64,000 nt of DNA. Origin: Thermoanaerobaculia bacterium (GTDB lineage: Bacteria > Acidobacteriota > Thermoanaerobaculia > Multivoradales > UBA5704). This document shows, piece after piece, positions 55,644 through 64,000 of the stretch. The notes under the pieces are model-generated. The model made no database searches. It was not told the origin of the DNA and was given only the letters and a program-made list of their open reading frames with translations. A program made the position numbers and the translations under genes. The first letter of the stretch is position 1. Each line of letters opens with the position of its first letter. The stretch covers positions 41,329 through 105,328 of the forward strand of contig JBGAGQ010000014.1 in the NCBI GenBank assembly GCA_044226625.1. Direction: 5' to 3'.

Positions 55644-56441
55644 TCAGCTTTGGGCTTCGTCGCCCTCTTCGCTCTCACCGCTCGCGTCATTCTCTTGCGT
55701 CGAGTCGAGCACCAGCTCGAGGAAGATCGACGACAGCTCGGCCGAGAGCGCCTCCGGGCCGTCGGCCGCGAAGGGCCGCAGCTCGTCGAGGTCCTCGGGC
55801 TCGAGCGGGAAGAGGGCCGCCGCGAGATGCCAGCCGTCCTCGAACGGCACGAGCCGCGCGGCGAGCAGGTCGCCGACTTCGACCGCCTCGACGATCTCGT
55901 TCTCGGTTTGCGCCCGCCGCTCTTCGGTCGAAGCGTCGAGCGCCTCGCGCAGGAGAAATGCCGACGCGTCCGGCTTGGCGACCACCTCGTAGACGCTGAT
56001 CGGTCGGCCGGAGAGCGCGGAGAGCCAGGCTCTCTCCTCCGGCTTGAGCGAAGGGCCGCCGGAGGCGAGGATCAGCTCCGCGGCGTGGGTCTCTCGGCCG
56101 CCCACCTCGAGCTTCGCCTCGGAGAGCACCCAATCGCCGAGCTGATCGCGAAACGCGTCGTCCGCCTCGTCGTCGAGCTCTTCGAGGAGAGCCGCCTCCT
56201 CGTCGTCGAGCCGGCCGAGAAATTGCTCCTCGACCGCCTGCTCGACCGCGTGGCGATGATGCGTCCAGAGCCAGTCGAGGGCGGCGTTCATGCCGCTCGC
56301 CACCCGCTCGAGCGCCGAGTATGGACGGCTCTCTTGGCCCAGGTGGCAGTTCTTGAACTTCTTGCCGCTGCCGCACGGGCAGGGATCGTTACGTCCTACG
56401 TTCGAAGCGTCGAAAGCTGTATGCGAATGGGAATCGGTCAC
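55644..56441 (-). CDS. SEC-C metal-binding motif protein
   Basis: [18 protein letters not shown] at the N-terminus followed by an acidic domain. Confidence 0.85.
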   Translation of the reverse strand: MTDSHSHTAFDASNVGRNDPCPCGSGKKFKNCHLGQESRPYSALERVASGMNAALDWLWTHHRHAVEQAVEEQFLGRLDDEEAALLEELDDEADDAFRDQLGDWVLSEAKLEVGGRETHAAELILASGGPSLKPEERAWLSALSGRPISVYEVVAKPDASAFLLREALDASTEERRAQTENEIVEAVEVGDLLAARLVPFEDGWHLAAALFPLEPEDLDELRPFAADGPEALSAELSSIFLELVLDSTQENDASGESEEGDEAQS

Positions 56442-56533
56442 GGAGAGGGCCTCGCTCGATGCGCGTTGGCCCGCGATCGTACGGGAAAGCGGGACAAGAT
56501 AGAATCCGCCCGAATCGGAGGGGCCTGGGTCCT

Positions 56534-57331
56534 ATGGGATTGAAAGAAGTCCTGTCGCGAATGAAGCTCGTCGAGCTGCCCGACCCGCCGCCGGCGACGG
56601 CCCCGGTGGGGAAGCCTGCGGCGCGGCCCGCGGCCGGGGGATCGACGACGGCGCCCGCCGTGCCGGATCTCGATCAACTGCTCGCGTCGATCCCCGCTTC
56701 CGACCTCGATCAAAAGAAGCTCGAGTCGCTCGCGGCGAACGCCCCTCGGGCGGAATCCGCCGCTGCGGAGCCCGGGGCCGACGACGGCGAATCGAACCCG
56801 GCGATCCCGGATTTCGAGGCGATCTATCGCGCCGCGGGGATCGAGCCGCCGGCGCACGGATACTCCGCCGTCAAGGTCCTGGAGATCCTGGAGAGTCCCG
56901 AGCTCGCGCCGCTCGACGCCAAGGCGAAGGCCGCTGCGCTCGGGGGATTTCTGAAGATGAATCCGACCGGGCCGGTGCCGCTTTCGGACGTCATCCAGGA
57001 CGCCGTCCGCCGCGACCAGGCGCTCGACCGTTTCGAGGAATTCCTGGAAGCGAAGCTCGACGCGCGCGCGGCCGACGCGGAGCGCCAGAACGCCGCGCTC
57101 CAGGCCGAGCTCGACGAGCTGTCGCGGAAGAACCGCGAGCTGATGGAGACCAACCGCCGCGCTCTCGAGGTCGAGCGCTCAGCCCTCGCGGCCTGGCGTG
57201 CCACGAAGGTCGCGGAGGAACGCCGCCTGTTCGATGCGGTCGCCCCGTTCGTCGACCAGAATCCGATCACGACCGATTCCGAAAAAGGCGCTCCCGAACC
57301 GTCCACCGCCCCGGCCAAGGGCGCTTCGTAA
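56534..57331 (+). CDS. Hypothetical protein (short amphipathic N-helix, Pro-rich linker, helical core, long coiled coil); first gene of the pspA operon
   Basis: RBS GGAGG; -10-like TAGAAT at 56500-05; typical codon usage; heptads in FEEFLEAKL...EERRLF. Confidence 0.8.
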   Translation: MGLKEVLSRMKLVELPDPPPATAPVGKPAARPAAGGSTTAPAVPDLDQLLASIPASDLDQKKLESLAANAPRAESAAAEPGADDGESNPAIPDFEAIYRAAGIEPPAHGYSAVKVLEILESPELAPLDAKAKAAALGGFLKMNPTGPVPLSDVIQDAVRRDQALDRFEEFLEAKLDARAADAERQNAALQAELDELSRKNRELMETNRRALEVERSALAAWRATKVAEERRLFDAVAPFVDQNPITTDSEKGAPEPSTAPAKGAS

Positions 57332-57392
57332 CAGAAAACCCGAGCCGCTACGCGGCTCGTTTTCCGCTTCGAGCCATCGAGGAGGCTTCCCC

Positions 57393-58151
57393 ATGTTTCG
57401 CCGCCTTGCCCGCGTCTTCAAATCGTGGATCGGCTACTTCATCTCCTTCGCCGAGGATCCGGAGGTCATGCTCCAGGAATCGATCGAGGAGATGCGCAAC
57501 ACGATGCCCCGGTTGAACCAGGTCCTGATCACCACCCGCGCGACCGTGCTCCGGCTCGAGCAGGAGCGCGATGAGCTGGTACGGAAGGAAAAGCAGCTCA
57601 CCGCATCGATCCAGGCCGCCCTCCAGGACGGCAGCGCCGACGCGAGGAGACTCGCTGAGCAGGACGCGGTGGCGCTCCAGGGCACCCGCCAGGAGCTGGC
57701 CGCGACCCAGGAGCAGCTGGCCGCCGCGAGCCACGCGTTCGAGAACGCAAAGCTGTCGGTGGAAGACATCAAGGAGAAGCTCCGGCTCAAGATCGAGCAG
57801 AGCCGCAAGGCCATCGCCGAGTCGCAGAAGGCCGAGGTCATGCGCGACGCGGCGAGCGCTTTGACCGAGCTCGACAGCTACGGCACCGCGGCGACCGCGG
57901 ACAAGTATCTCGACCAGATCAAGCAGAAGGTCGCCGAGTCGAAGGCTGCGGTCGAAGTGGCGACCGGCGGTCTCGACGTCGAGCGGATCAATCTCGAGCG
58001 CAAGGCGCGGCAGATCCAGGCGCAGAGCATCCTCTCGGAGTTCGAGGTCGAGATGGGGATCAAGAAGCCCGATGCGGTCAAAGAGGCCGCCCCTTTCCCG
58101 ACCGGCGGAACCGGTCAGGCCGCCGCGCAGAAGGTTCCGGAGGGGCGCTGA
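57393..58151 (+). CDS. pspA: PspA/IM30 (bacterial ESCRT-III) family protein
   Basis: Amphipathic MFRRLARVFKSWIGYFI followed by EDPEVMLQESIEEMR; long helical hairpin with AALQDGSADARRLA; LDQIKQKV region; RBS GGAGG. Confidence 0.85.
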   Translation: MFRRLARVFKSWIGYFISFAEDPEVMLQESIEEMRNTMPRLNQVLITTRATVLRLEQERDELVRKEKQLTASIQAALQDGSADARRLAEQDAVALQGTRQELAATQEQLAAASHAFENAKLSVEDIKEKLRLKIEQSRKAIAESQKAEVMRDAASALTELDSYGTAATADKYLDQIKQKVAESKAAVEVATGGLDVERINLERKARQIQAQSILSEFEVEMGIKKPDAVKEAAPFPTGGTGQAAAQKVPEGR

Positions 58152-58186
58152 TCCCCGGGGACTCTTTTCTCCCCGGTAGGACCTGA

Positions 58187-59080
58187 ATGGGCCTGCTCAC
58201 CCGCTACCCGGCTCTCAAAGCGGCGATCGCCAACCAGTACCAGGCGATCCTCGCCGCGGGAGCCGTGGGCTTTTCGGCGCTGATGTTGTCGCCCCTGCCG
58301 CTCCTCCTCTTCGCCGGCATCGAGCTGATGGTCATGCCGATGATGGTCGACCGCATCCGGAAGCGGATGGAGATCGAGAAGAAGTTCGCCGCCCGGAACG
58401 CGGTCGAGATGAGCCAGAAGGAGCAGTGGGACGCCCTGTCTTCGACCCATCGGGCGCGGTTCGAGCGTCTGCGGCAGCTGGTGGGCAAGGTCCAGGCGAA
58501 CTACAAAGGCCTCTCGGTGGCGAGCCAGGGCATCGTCGCCGAGCAGGAGGCGAAGTTCGACGTCATCCTGGCCGCCTGCTTGAAGCGGCTCTGGCTGCTC
58601 CAGAAGTACGACGAGATGCAGGGGGCGTTCGACGAGAGCCAGGTGGAGAAGGAGATCGCCCAGCTCAAGGCGGCGCTCGCCGTTCCGGTCGGGCAGAGCA
58701 ATCCGCCGGATCCGCTGGAGCCGCGCGTTCGCGAAGCGGTCGAGAAGAACCTGGAGATCAAGGAGCAGCTGGTGGGGGCGGTGAAGCAGAACGCCGCGAA
58801 CCGCCGCGCGCTCGATGCCGAGATCGATTCGCTGGAGTCGCTGCTCCAGCTCCTGTTCCAGAAGTCGGTCGCTGCGACCGACGCCGCCGCGTTCACCTTG
58901 GAGATCGACGACGTGCTGCAGCAGGTGCAGGCAGACGCGGCGAGCGTCGAGGAGATGGAGCGCCTGCTCGGCAGCCTGCCCGATCTCGACAGCCGCCCCC
59001 GCCTTTCGCCGCAGATCAAACAGGGGTTCGCGCCTTCGGCGCCCCCGCCGCCGCAGCGCGCCCGCGAGGGGCGGCGGTAG
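58187..59080 (+). CDS. Hypothetical membrane-anchored coiled-coil protein
   Basis: N-terminal hydrophobic hairpin (AILAAGAVGFSALMLSPLPLLLFAGIELMV), then extended heptad helices. Confidence 0.8.
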   Translation: MGLLTRYPALKAAIANQYQAILAAGAVGFSALMLSPLPLLLFAGIELMVMPMMVDRIRKRMEIEKKFAARNAVEMSQKEQWDALSSTHRARFERLRQLVGKVQANYKGLSVASQGIVAEQEAKFDVILAACLKRLWLLQKYDEMQGAFDESQVEKEIAQLKAALAVPVGQSNPPDPLEPRVREAVEKNLEIKEQLVGAVKQNAANRRALDAEIDSLESLLQLLFQKSVAATDAAAFTLEIDDVLQQVQADAASVEEMERLLGSLPDLDSRPRLSPQIKQGFAPSAPPPPQRAREGRR

Positions 59081-59125
59081 CCGACGCTCTCCGCTGACTT
59101 CGTACCCGATCCTGCGACGGAGCCC

Positions 59126-60889
59126 ATGCCCGAACCGAACGCCCTCCCCTCCGCTCCCGGCTTCCTCGATTCGCTGCCCCCGTGGGCCGCGCGCCTCGCG
59201 CGCGCCGTGCTCGCCAAACAGGCTTCGACGTTCGTCATCCACGGCGTGCCGTCCGACCTGGTTCCCGTTCGCGGCAGCGGCGGCCTCCGCTTTCTCGGCC
59301 TGGACGAGTTCCTGACCACCGAGCTGTTCGCCACCTGGCCCTCGATCATCACGTTCAACCGAGCCGAAGGGCTCGGCTTCGCCACGCCCGCCGCGCGCTC
59401 CCACTTCCAGGACCGGATGAAGGCGTACGACGCGGTGCATGGCACCACCTGGGGAGAGGGGCTGCCGCGCGACGCTCCGAACTGCTTCGCTTTGCTCGAC
59501 TCCTACTTCCGGCACGCGGCCTCGCTCTCCCCGGCCCGTCCCGTCGTCCTGCTGCTGCCGTTCGCCGAGACGCTGGTCCCCGCCGGGGACGTCTCGTATC
59601 GCACTCCCGAGGATCGGGCGGTCCTCGTCTACCTCCGCAAGTGGTCGCAGGACCCGGTGCTGCTCGCCAAGAACGTGGTGATCGTGATGGTCGCCGAGAG
59701 CCTCGCCGAGCTCGATCCGAAGCTGATCCGCTCCCACGCGACGCGCGAGTTGGAAATCGTCCGGCCCGACGCCGGGGAGCGCCGCGCCTATCTCGAAGCG
59801 GTGCGGGCACCGGGTTGGTACGAGCGCCGCTCGGAGGTCGCGGCTCTCCGCCTGGCCGAGCTGACCGCGGGCATGACCCGCTTCCAGATTGCCCAGCTGC
59901 TCGACGAGGCGGATGCCGACGGCGCCAAGCTCACGCTCGATCGGGTACGGCAGGTGAAAAAAGAGGTGATCGAGACGGAGGGGCTCGGGCTGCTCGAATA
60001 CGTCGAGCCGAAGTTCGATCTCGGCATGGTCGCGGGCATGCCGGTGGTCAAGGCGCGCCTGCGCCGGGCCGCCAAGGCGATCGCCCGCGGCAATCCCGCG
60101 GCGGTGCCGATGGGCTACCTGGTCTGCGGCCCGGTCGGCAGCGCGAAGACCTTCCTGGTCGAATGCTTTGCCAAGGAGATCGGCTTTCCGGTCGTCAAGC
60201 TCAAGAACTTCCGCTCGATGTGGGTCGGTTCGACCGAGGCGAACCTCGAGCGGATCTTGAAGATCCTCGCCTCGCTCACCCCCGTCGGCGTCATGATCGA
60301 CGAGGCGGACACCGCCCTCGGCAACCGCGAGCAGTCGGGCGATTCGGGCACCCAGAACCGCGTCTTCGGCCAGATCGCGAGCTTCATGGGCGACACGCGA
60401 AACCGCGGCAAGATCCTCTGGTTCCTGATCACCGCGCGGCCGGACCTGCTGCCGATCGACTTGAAGCGGCAGGGCCGCGCGGAGGAGCACATCCCGCTCT
60501 TCTATCCGGAGACGATGCACGAGTACGACGAGGTCTTCCAGGTGATGAAGACCAAGCTCGGCCTGCGCACGCCGGTGGCGACGCTCGCCGAGGTGACGAC
60601 GCCGGAGCGCCTGCTCGGTTTCTCGGGCTCGGACCTCGAAGCGGTGCTGGTCCGCTCGGTCCTCGAAGCCGAGGCGGCCGAATCGGCCCAGGTCGCGGCC
60701 GAGCATCTGCAGCGCGCGTTCGACGACTTCATCCCCACCACCAACAGCCGCGAGCGATTGATGCAGACGCTGGTCGCCGTTCTCGAATGCACCAGCCGCG
60801 AGCTGCTCCCCGAGTCATACCGCGATATGGACCGCGGCGAGATCCAGGCGCAGATCGCAAAGATCAAGCTGGAGCTCAAGCTGCTGTAA
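59126..60889 (+). CDS. AAA+ ATPase (SpoVK/Ycf46/Vps4 group): degenerate N-terminal AAA-like domain plus an active AAA module
   Basis: Walker A variant GPVGSAKT, pore loop SMWVG, Walker B VMIDE, SRH TARPDLLPIDLKRQGR, lid FSGSDLEA. Confidence 0.9.
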   Translation: MPEPNALPSAPGFLDSLPPWAARLARAVLAKQASTFVIHGVPSDLVPVRGSGGLRFLGLDEFLTTELFATWPSIITFNRAEGLGFATPAARSHFQDRMKAYDAVHGTTWGEGLPRDAPNCFALLDSYFRHAASLSPARPVVLLLPFAETLVPAGDVSYRTPEDRAVLVYLRKWSQDPVLLAKNVVIVMVAESLAELDPKLIRSHATRELEIVRPDAGERRAYLEAVRAPGWYERRSEVAALRLAELTAGMTRFQIAQLLDEADADGAKLTLDRVRQVKKEVIETEGLGLLEYVEPKFDLGMVAGMPVVKARLRRAAKAIARGNPAAVPMGYLVCGPVGSAKTFLVECFAKEIGFPVVKLKNFRSMWVGSTEANLERILKILASLTPVGVMIDEADTALGNREQSGDSGTQNRVFGQIASFMGDTRNRGKILWFLITARPDLLPIDLKRQGRAEEHIPLFYPETMHEYDEVFQVMKTKLGLRTPVATLAEVTTPERLLGFSGSDLEAVLVRSVLEAEAAESAQVAAEHLQRAFDDFIPTTNSRERLMQTLVAVLECTSRELLPESYRDMDRGEIQAQIAKIKLELKLL

Positions 60890-61001
60890 AGGGCGCTAGG
60901 CTGCGAGGAACTCTCGAATCGACGTCTCTCAATCGCCTCCTCGCTCGAAGGAACCGACCCGGTTCGGTTCGACGCGAGGGCGTTTCTCTGGAGGGTAAGC
61001 G

Positions 61002-61250
61002 ATGAACTCCATCATCCTGTTCCTGATCATCGGCGCGGTCGCGGGTTGGTTGGCGGGAGAGCTGTGGAAAGGACACGGCTTCGGTCTGCTCGGCAACATC
61101 GTGGTGGGCATCGTCGGCGCGTTTCTGGGCGGCTTCCTGCTCGGCAAGCTCGGCGTCTCCCTGGGAGGCGGCATTCTCGGTTCGATCCTCACGGCGACGA
61201 TCGGGGCCCTGGTCCTCCTGGTGATCATCGGTTTGATCAAAAGGGCCTGA
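61002..61250 (+). CDS. GlsB/YeaQ/YmgE (transglycosylase-associated) stress membrane protein
   Basis: IIGAVAGWLAG...GNIVVGIVGAFLGG...ATIGALVLL. Confidence 0.92.
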   Translation: MNSIILFLIIGAVAGWLAGELWKGHGFGLLGNIVVGIVGAFLGGFLLGKLGVSLGGGILGSILTATIGALVLLVIIGLIKRA

Positions 61251-61256
61251 GCCTCC

Positions 61257-61288
61257 GCGGGGGCGGCGGCAAAGCACGCCGCCCCTGC
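61257..61288 (+). terminator. GC-rich hairpin after the glsB-like gene
   Basis: gcgggggcggcg / cgccgcccctgc 12-bp stem; weak U-tract. Confidence 0.5.
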
Positions 61289-61308
61289 ACTCCTTCCCCA
61301 TCGTCTCG

Positions 61309-61893
61309 GTGTCTGATTTGGCACTCGAATTCCAGATCGCGGCGAACCCGCGGCGCCGATGGAACGTAGAGGCGCTGCAAGACGGCGTACGCATCCGAAT
61401 TCCCGTCCGGAAGCTATGGCTCCGCCTGATCTTTCACTTCTTTTGGCTGGTGGTTTGGGCGATCAGCGAAGCGGCCGGGATCCAGCGGGTTTTTGGACCC
61501 GAAGCGTCACCGTCTGGATTCGACGTTGTTTGGCTCGTGGCCTGGACGATCGGCGGCCTTGCGGTCTTGGGGGGCACGCTCTGGCAACTGATCGGCGAAC
61601 AGGTCCTTGAAGTGTCCCAAGGCAGGCTTCATCACCGCTACACGCTCGGTCTGATCACGGTCGGACGCACCTTCGACGTTGCCAAGATCCACGACCTTCG
61701 AGCGTCGAGGATGACCGAGAACGACCTTGCCTGGTTTCAACGCGGACGCTATGGGAACGATCTGGGGCGGGGCCTGATCAAGCTCGATTATGACGAACGC
61801 TCGTACGTCATCCGTCCCGGCTTGGAGCCGAGCGAGACGAACAACGTGGTGAACCATTTGAATCGCTATGTGAGCCCGAGCGCGGCAATCTAG
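61309..61893 (+). CDS. Hypothetical membrane protein (2 TM plus PH-like beta domain)
   Basis: FFWLVVW and WLVAWTIGG TM segments followed by beta strands and a terminal helix. Confidence 0.7.
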   Translation: MSDLALEFQIAANPRRRWNVEALQDGVRIRIPVRKLWLRLIFHFFWLVVWAISEAAGIQRVFGPEASPSGFDVVWLVAWTIGGLAVLGGTLWQLIGEQVLEVSQGRLHHRYTLGLITVGRTFDVAKIHDLRASRMTENDLAWFQRGRYGNDLGRGLIKLDYDERSYVIRPGLEPSETNNVVNHLNRYVSPSAAI

Positions 61894-61913
61894 CATCGCC
61901 GGCAATACTTGGC

Positions 61914-62249
61914 GTTCCCTCGCGCGGGAACACTGATCCCGGCCTCGGGATTGCTGTTCCTTCGTGGGGGATCGTTGATCCCTGGCGCGGGATCACTCTT
62001 CCTTCGTGCGGGATCGTTGATCCCTGGCGCGGGACCACCGTTCCTTCGCGTGGGATCGTTGATCCCGGGCGCGGGATCACGGTTCCTTCGCGTGGGATCG
62101 TTGATCCCTGGCGCGGGATCACCGTTCCTTCGCGTGGGACCGTTGATCCCGGGCGCGGGATCGCTGTTCCTTCGCGTGGGATCGCTGATCCCGGGCGCGG
62201 GATCGCTGGTCCTTCGCGCGGGATCGTTGATCCCGGGCCCGGGAGCGCT
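61914..62249. repeat. Tandem array of 8 x 42 bp with an internal palindrome
   Basis: Consensus gttccttcgcgtGGGATCgttGATCCCkggcgcgggatcrct; units start at 61914, 61956, 61998, 62040, 62082, 62124, 62166 and 62208; no spacers. Confidence 0.95.
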
Positions 62250-62272
62250 GATTCGGGTCGCCGTTCGCGTCT

Positions 62273-63229
62273 CTACTTCTTCGGCAGGACCAGCTCCCAT
62301 CCGATCTCGATCAGGTTCGGATCGGCGATGCGCCCCTTGTTGGCGTCCCAGATCTCGGGCCAGCGGCCGATCTTGCCGAGCTGGTCGCGGGCGATGGCGG
62401 AGAGCGTGTCGCCGGACTTCACGGTGTAGATGCTCTCGCCGGCCGCCGCGACCTGTTCCTTGGCGATCGGCGCGGGGCCTGTGCCCCCGAGGTATTTCCG
62501 GATGATCTGCCGGTACTGGTCCGACGCGCGGAGACTCTTGATCGAGGAGTTGACCAGCTTGAGGAGGCTCGATGCGCCGCGGCGGACGGCGACGTTGTAG
62601 GCGGATTTCGTCAGGTTGAACTGGACGATCTCGAGCCCCTGGTACTCCTTGAGCTCCTCCTGGGCGTACGGGTAGTCGTAGATGAAGGCGTCGATCTTCC
62701 CCTGCTTCAAGAGGTCGAAGTAGCCGTCCTCGTACTTCTCGATCCGCTTGTACCCGCGGACCATCCCCTTGACCGCCTCCTCGGCGGCGGGGTCGTTGAA
62801 GATGCCGATCACCTTGCCCGACAGGTCGCCAATGCTGTGGATCGAGCTCCCTTTCTTGACGATCAGGCAAAGGCCGTAGTCGTAGTACGAGTCCGACCAG
62901 TCGAGGCCGGCGATCGAATCGTCCGCGGTATAGCCGGAGATGATCACGTCCGCTTTGCCGTTGATCAGGCGGCCGGGCAGCTCGCTGTATTTGCCCGGAA
63001 CGATCACGACCGTGTCGACGCCGATCCGCTTCGCGATCGCGTTGGCGATCTCCCAGTCGAAGCCGGCGTATTTGGAGCCCTCTTTGAACAGCATCGGCGG
63101 CGTGCCGGGCTCGGCGGCGACGCGCAGCACCCCGGCGTCGACGATCTTCTGGAGCGAGTCGTCGGCCAGGGCCGGATGCGAAAGCGCCAGGACGGCGAGC
63201 GCGGTAAGGGCGAGAGCGGGAACTTTCAT
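62273..63229 (-). CDS. Family 3 solute-binding protein fused to a C-terminal LysM domain
   Basis: Signal peptide MKVPALAL...ALA; GVLRVA, GFDWEIANAIAKRIG, DWSDSYY; LysM YTVKSGDTLSAIA...WPEIWDAN...PNLIEIGWELVLP. Confidence 0.88.
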   Translation of the reverse strand: MKVPALALTALAVLALSHPALADDSLQKIVDAGVLRVAAEPGTPPMLFKEGSKYAGFDWEIANAIAKRIGVDTVVIVPGKYSELPGRLINGKADVIISGYTADDSIAGLDWSDSYYDYGLCLIVKKGSSIHSIGDLSGKVIGIFNDPAAEEAVKGMVRGYKRIEKYEDGYFDLLKQGKIDAFIYDYPYAQEELKEYQGLEIVQFNLTKSAYNVAVRRGASSLLKLVNSSIKSLRASDQYRQIIRKYLGGTGPAPIAKEQVAAAGESIYTVKSGDTLSAIARDQLGKIGRWPEIWDANKGRIADPNLIEIGWELVLPKK

Positions 63230-63261
63230 GGCGAGGATCCTCGGTTTCTCTCGATGGGAGG

Positions 63262-63999
63262 TCATTTCGTTTTGGCGCAGCGGAAGCCGAGCGACGAGCT
63301 GCGGTCGGTCGGCGATTTGCCGATCCGGAAGTGGGTACGGCCGTCGTTCAGGTCCCAGGAATCCCAGGAACCGCCGGCCGCGAGGTAGTTGTCCGGCTCG
63401 TCGGGGCTGTTCGTCGAAGTCCATTCGGAGACGTTCCCGGCCATCCCGAGCACGCCGTACGGGCTCGCGTCGCGGCCGTACTTCTCGTCGTCGACCGCCC
63501 AGGTGGGGATCTTCTTCGCCGCCGTGTCCTTCTTGTCGTGATCGGCGCCGAGGATGTTCACCGCGCTCGGATCGATCGTCGCGCCGGTCGGGAACTCGCG
63601 CCCGTCAGTGCCGCGCGCCGCTTTCTCCCACTCTTCGATCGTGGGCAAGCGCCCGCCGGCCCACTTGCAGTACGCCTTGGCGTCACCCCACGAGACGAAG
63701 ACCACCGGATTGTTGCGGTGGCTGTCGAGATACGCCTCGTCGTCCCAGTAGTTGGGAACCTCTCGCGGGCCGCACGAGGAGCCGGCCGCGCACTGGGCGA
63801 GGAACGCCTCGTATTCGGCGTTGGTCACCTCGGTGCGGTTGATCCGGAACGTCGAAACGTCGACCGTCTCCTGGTTCTGTCCGGAGGAGAAGATGCCTCC
63901 CGGAATCTCGATCCACGGCTCGTTGCTCCTCGCAACCTGGTTCGTGGTCTGTTCCGGAGAATCGCTTTCGTTCGGCGTCGACGGCGTCGAGGCGCTCTC
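63262..63999 (-). CDS. FGE-sulfatase (SUMF1/PvdO-like) domain protein, 5' end runs off the window
   Basis: WIEIPGG, FRINRTEVTNAEY, PVVFVSWGDAKAYCKW, RLPTIEEWEKAARG, SPYGVLGMAGNVSEW, LGFRC; the frame stays open to the window edge. Confidence 0.88.
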   Translation of the reverse strand, partial: ESASTPSTPNESDSPEQTTNQVARSNEPWIEIPGGIFSSGQNQETVDVSTFRINRTEVTNAEYEAFLAQCAAGSSCGPREVPNYWDDEAYLDSHRNNPVVFVSWGDAKAYCKWAGGRLPTIEEWEKAARGTDGREFPTGATIDPSAVNILGADHDKKDTAAKKIPTWAVDDEKYGRDASPYGVLGMAGNVSEWTSTNSPDEPDNYLAAGGSWDSWDLNDGRTHFRIGKSPTDRSSSLGFRCAKTK

Positions 64000-64000
64000 G

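Noticed and set aside
61318-61344. TTGGCACTC resembling a CIRCE half-site
   Set aside because: The second half (GAGTGC) is missing, it lies inside a CDS and it is far from the chaperone genes.
61914-62249. CRISPR array interpretation of the 42-bp repeats, and the ORFs 61909..62505, 61808..62122 and 61890..62870
   Set aside because: The units abut with no unique spacers and no cas genes are present. The ORFs stay open only because the unit is a stop-free multiple of 3, and they overlap real genes.

Overview
High-GC, densely coding bacterial chromosome segment with about 47 CDS. I found no rRNA, tRNA, CRISPR array, transposase or prophage. The gene content suggests a diderm, probably an acidobacterium of Thermoanaerobaculia type (inference from kdsB, an Oar-type TonB receptor, an IPTL-CTERM protein, YfhO and a zf-HC2/TPR protein). 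Core blocks are kdsB, aroA, a minus-strand mglA-like GTPase-nrdR-hsp20-lon-thiL operon, hrcA-grpE-dnaK-dnaJ, a uvrA paralog and sulfurtransferase-sufE. Accessory blocks are a BlaI/BlaR1-like/serine hydrolase module with visible operator boxes, a TPR sigma54 activator, a tandem-HTH/AT-hook protein, a MauE-thioredoxin pair, a 1334-aa orphan with Ig-like repeats, and a WYL regulator-DinB pair with a palindromic operator. The best candidate for a new system is the four-gene operon at 56534-60889. It encodes a coiled-coil protein, PspA (bacterial ESCRT-III), a membrane-anchored coiled-coil protein and a pore-loop AAA+ ATPase, and so resembles an ESCRT-III/Vps4-like membrane-remodelling module. Notable non-coding structure includes an 8 x 42-bp palindromic tandem array (61914-62249), a ~240-bp imperfect fold-back (19321-19560), a (TTCC)10 microsatellite after a terminator-like hairpin, and an SOS-box-like palindrome upstream of grpE. 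All family calls come from motifs recognised by eye; no searches were run.
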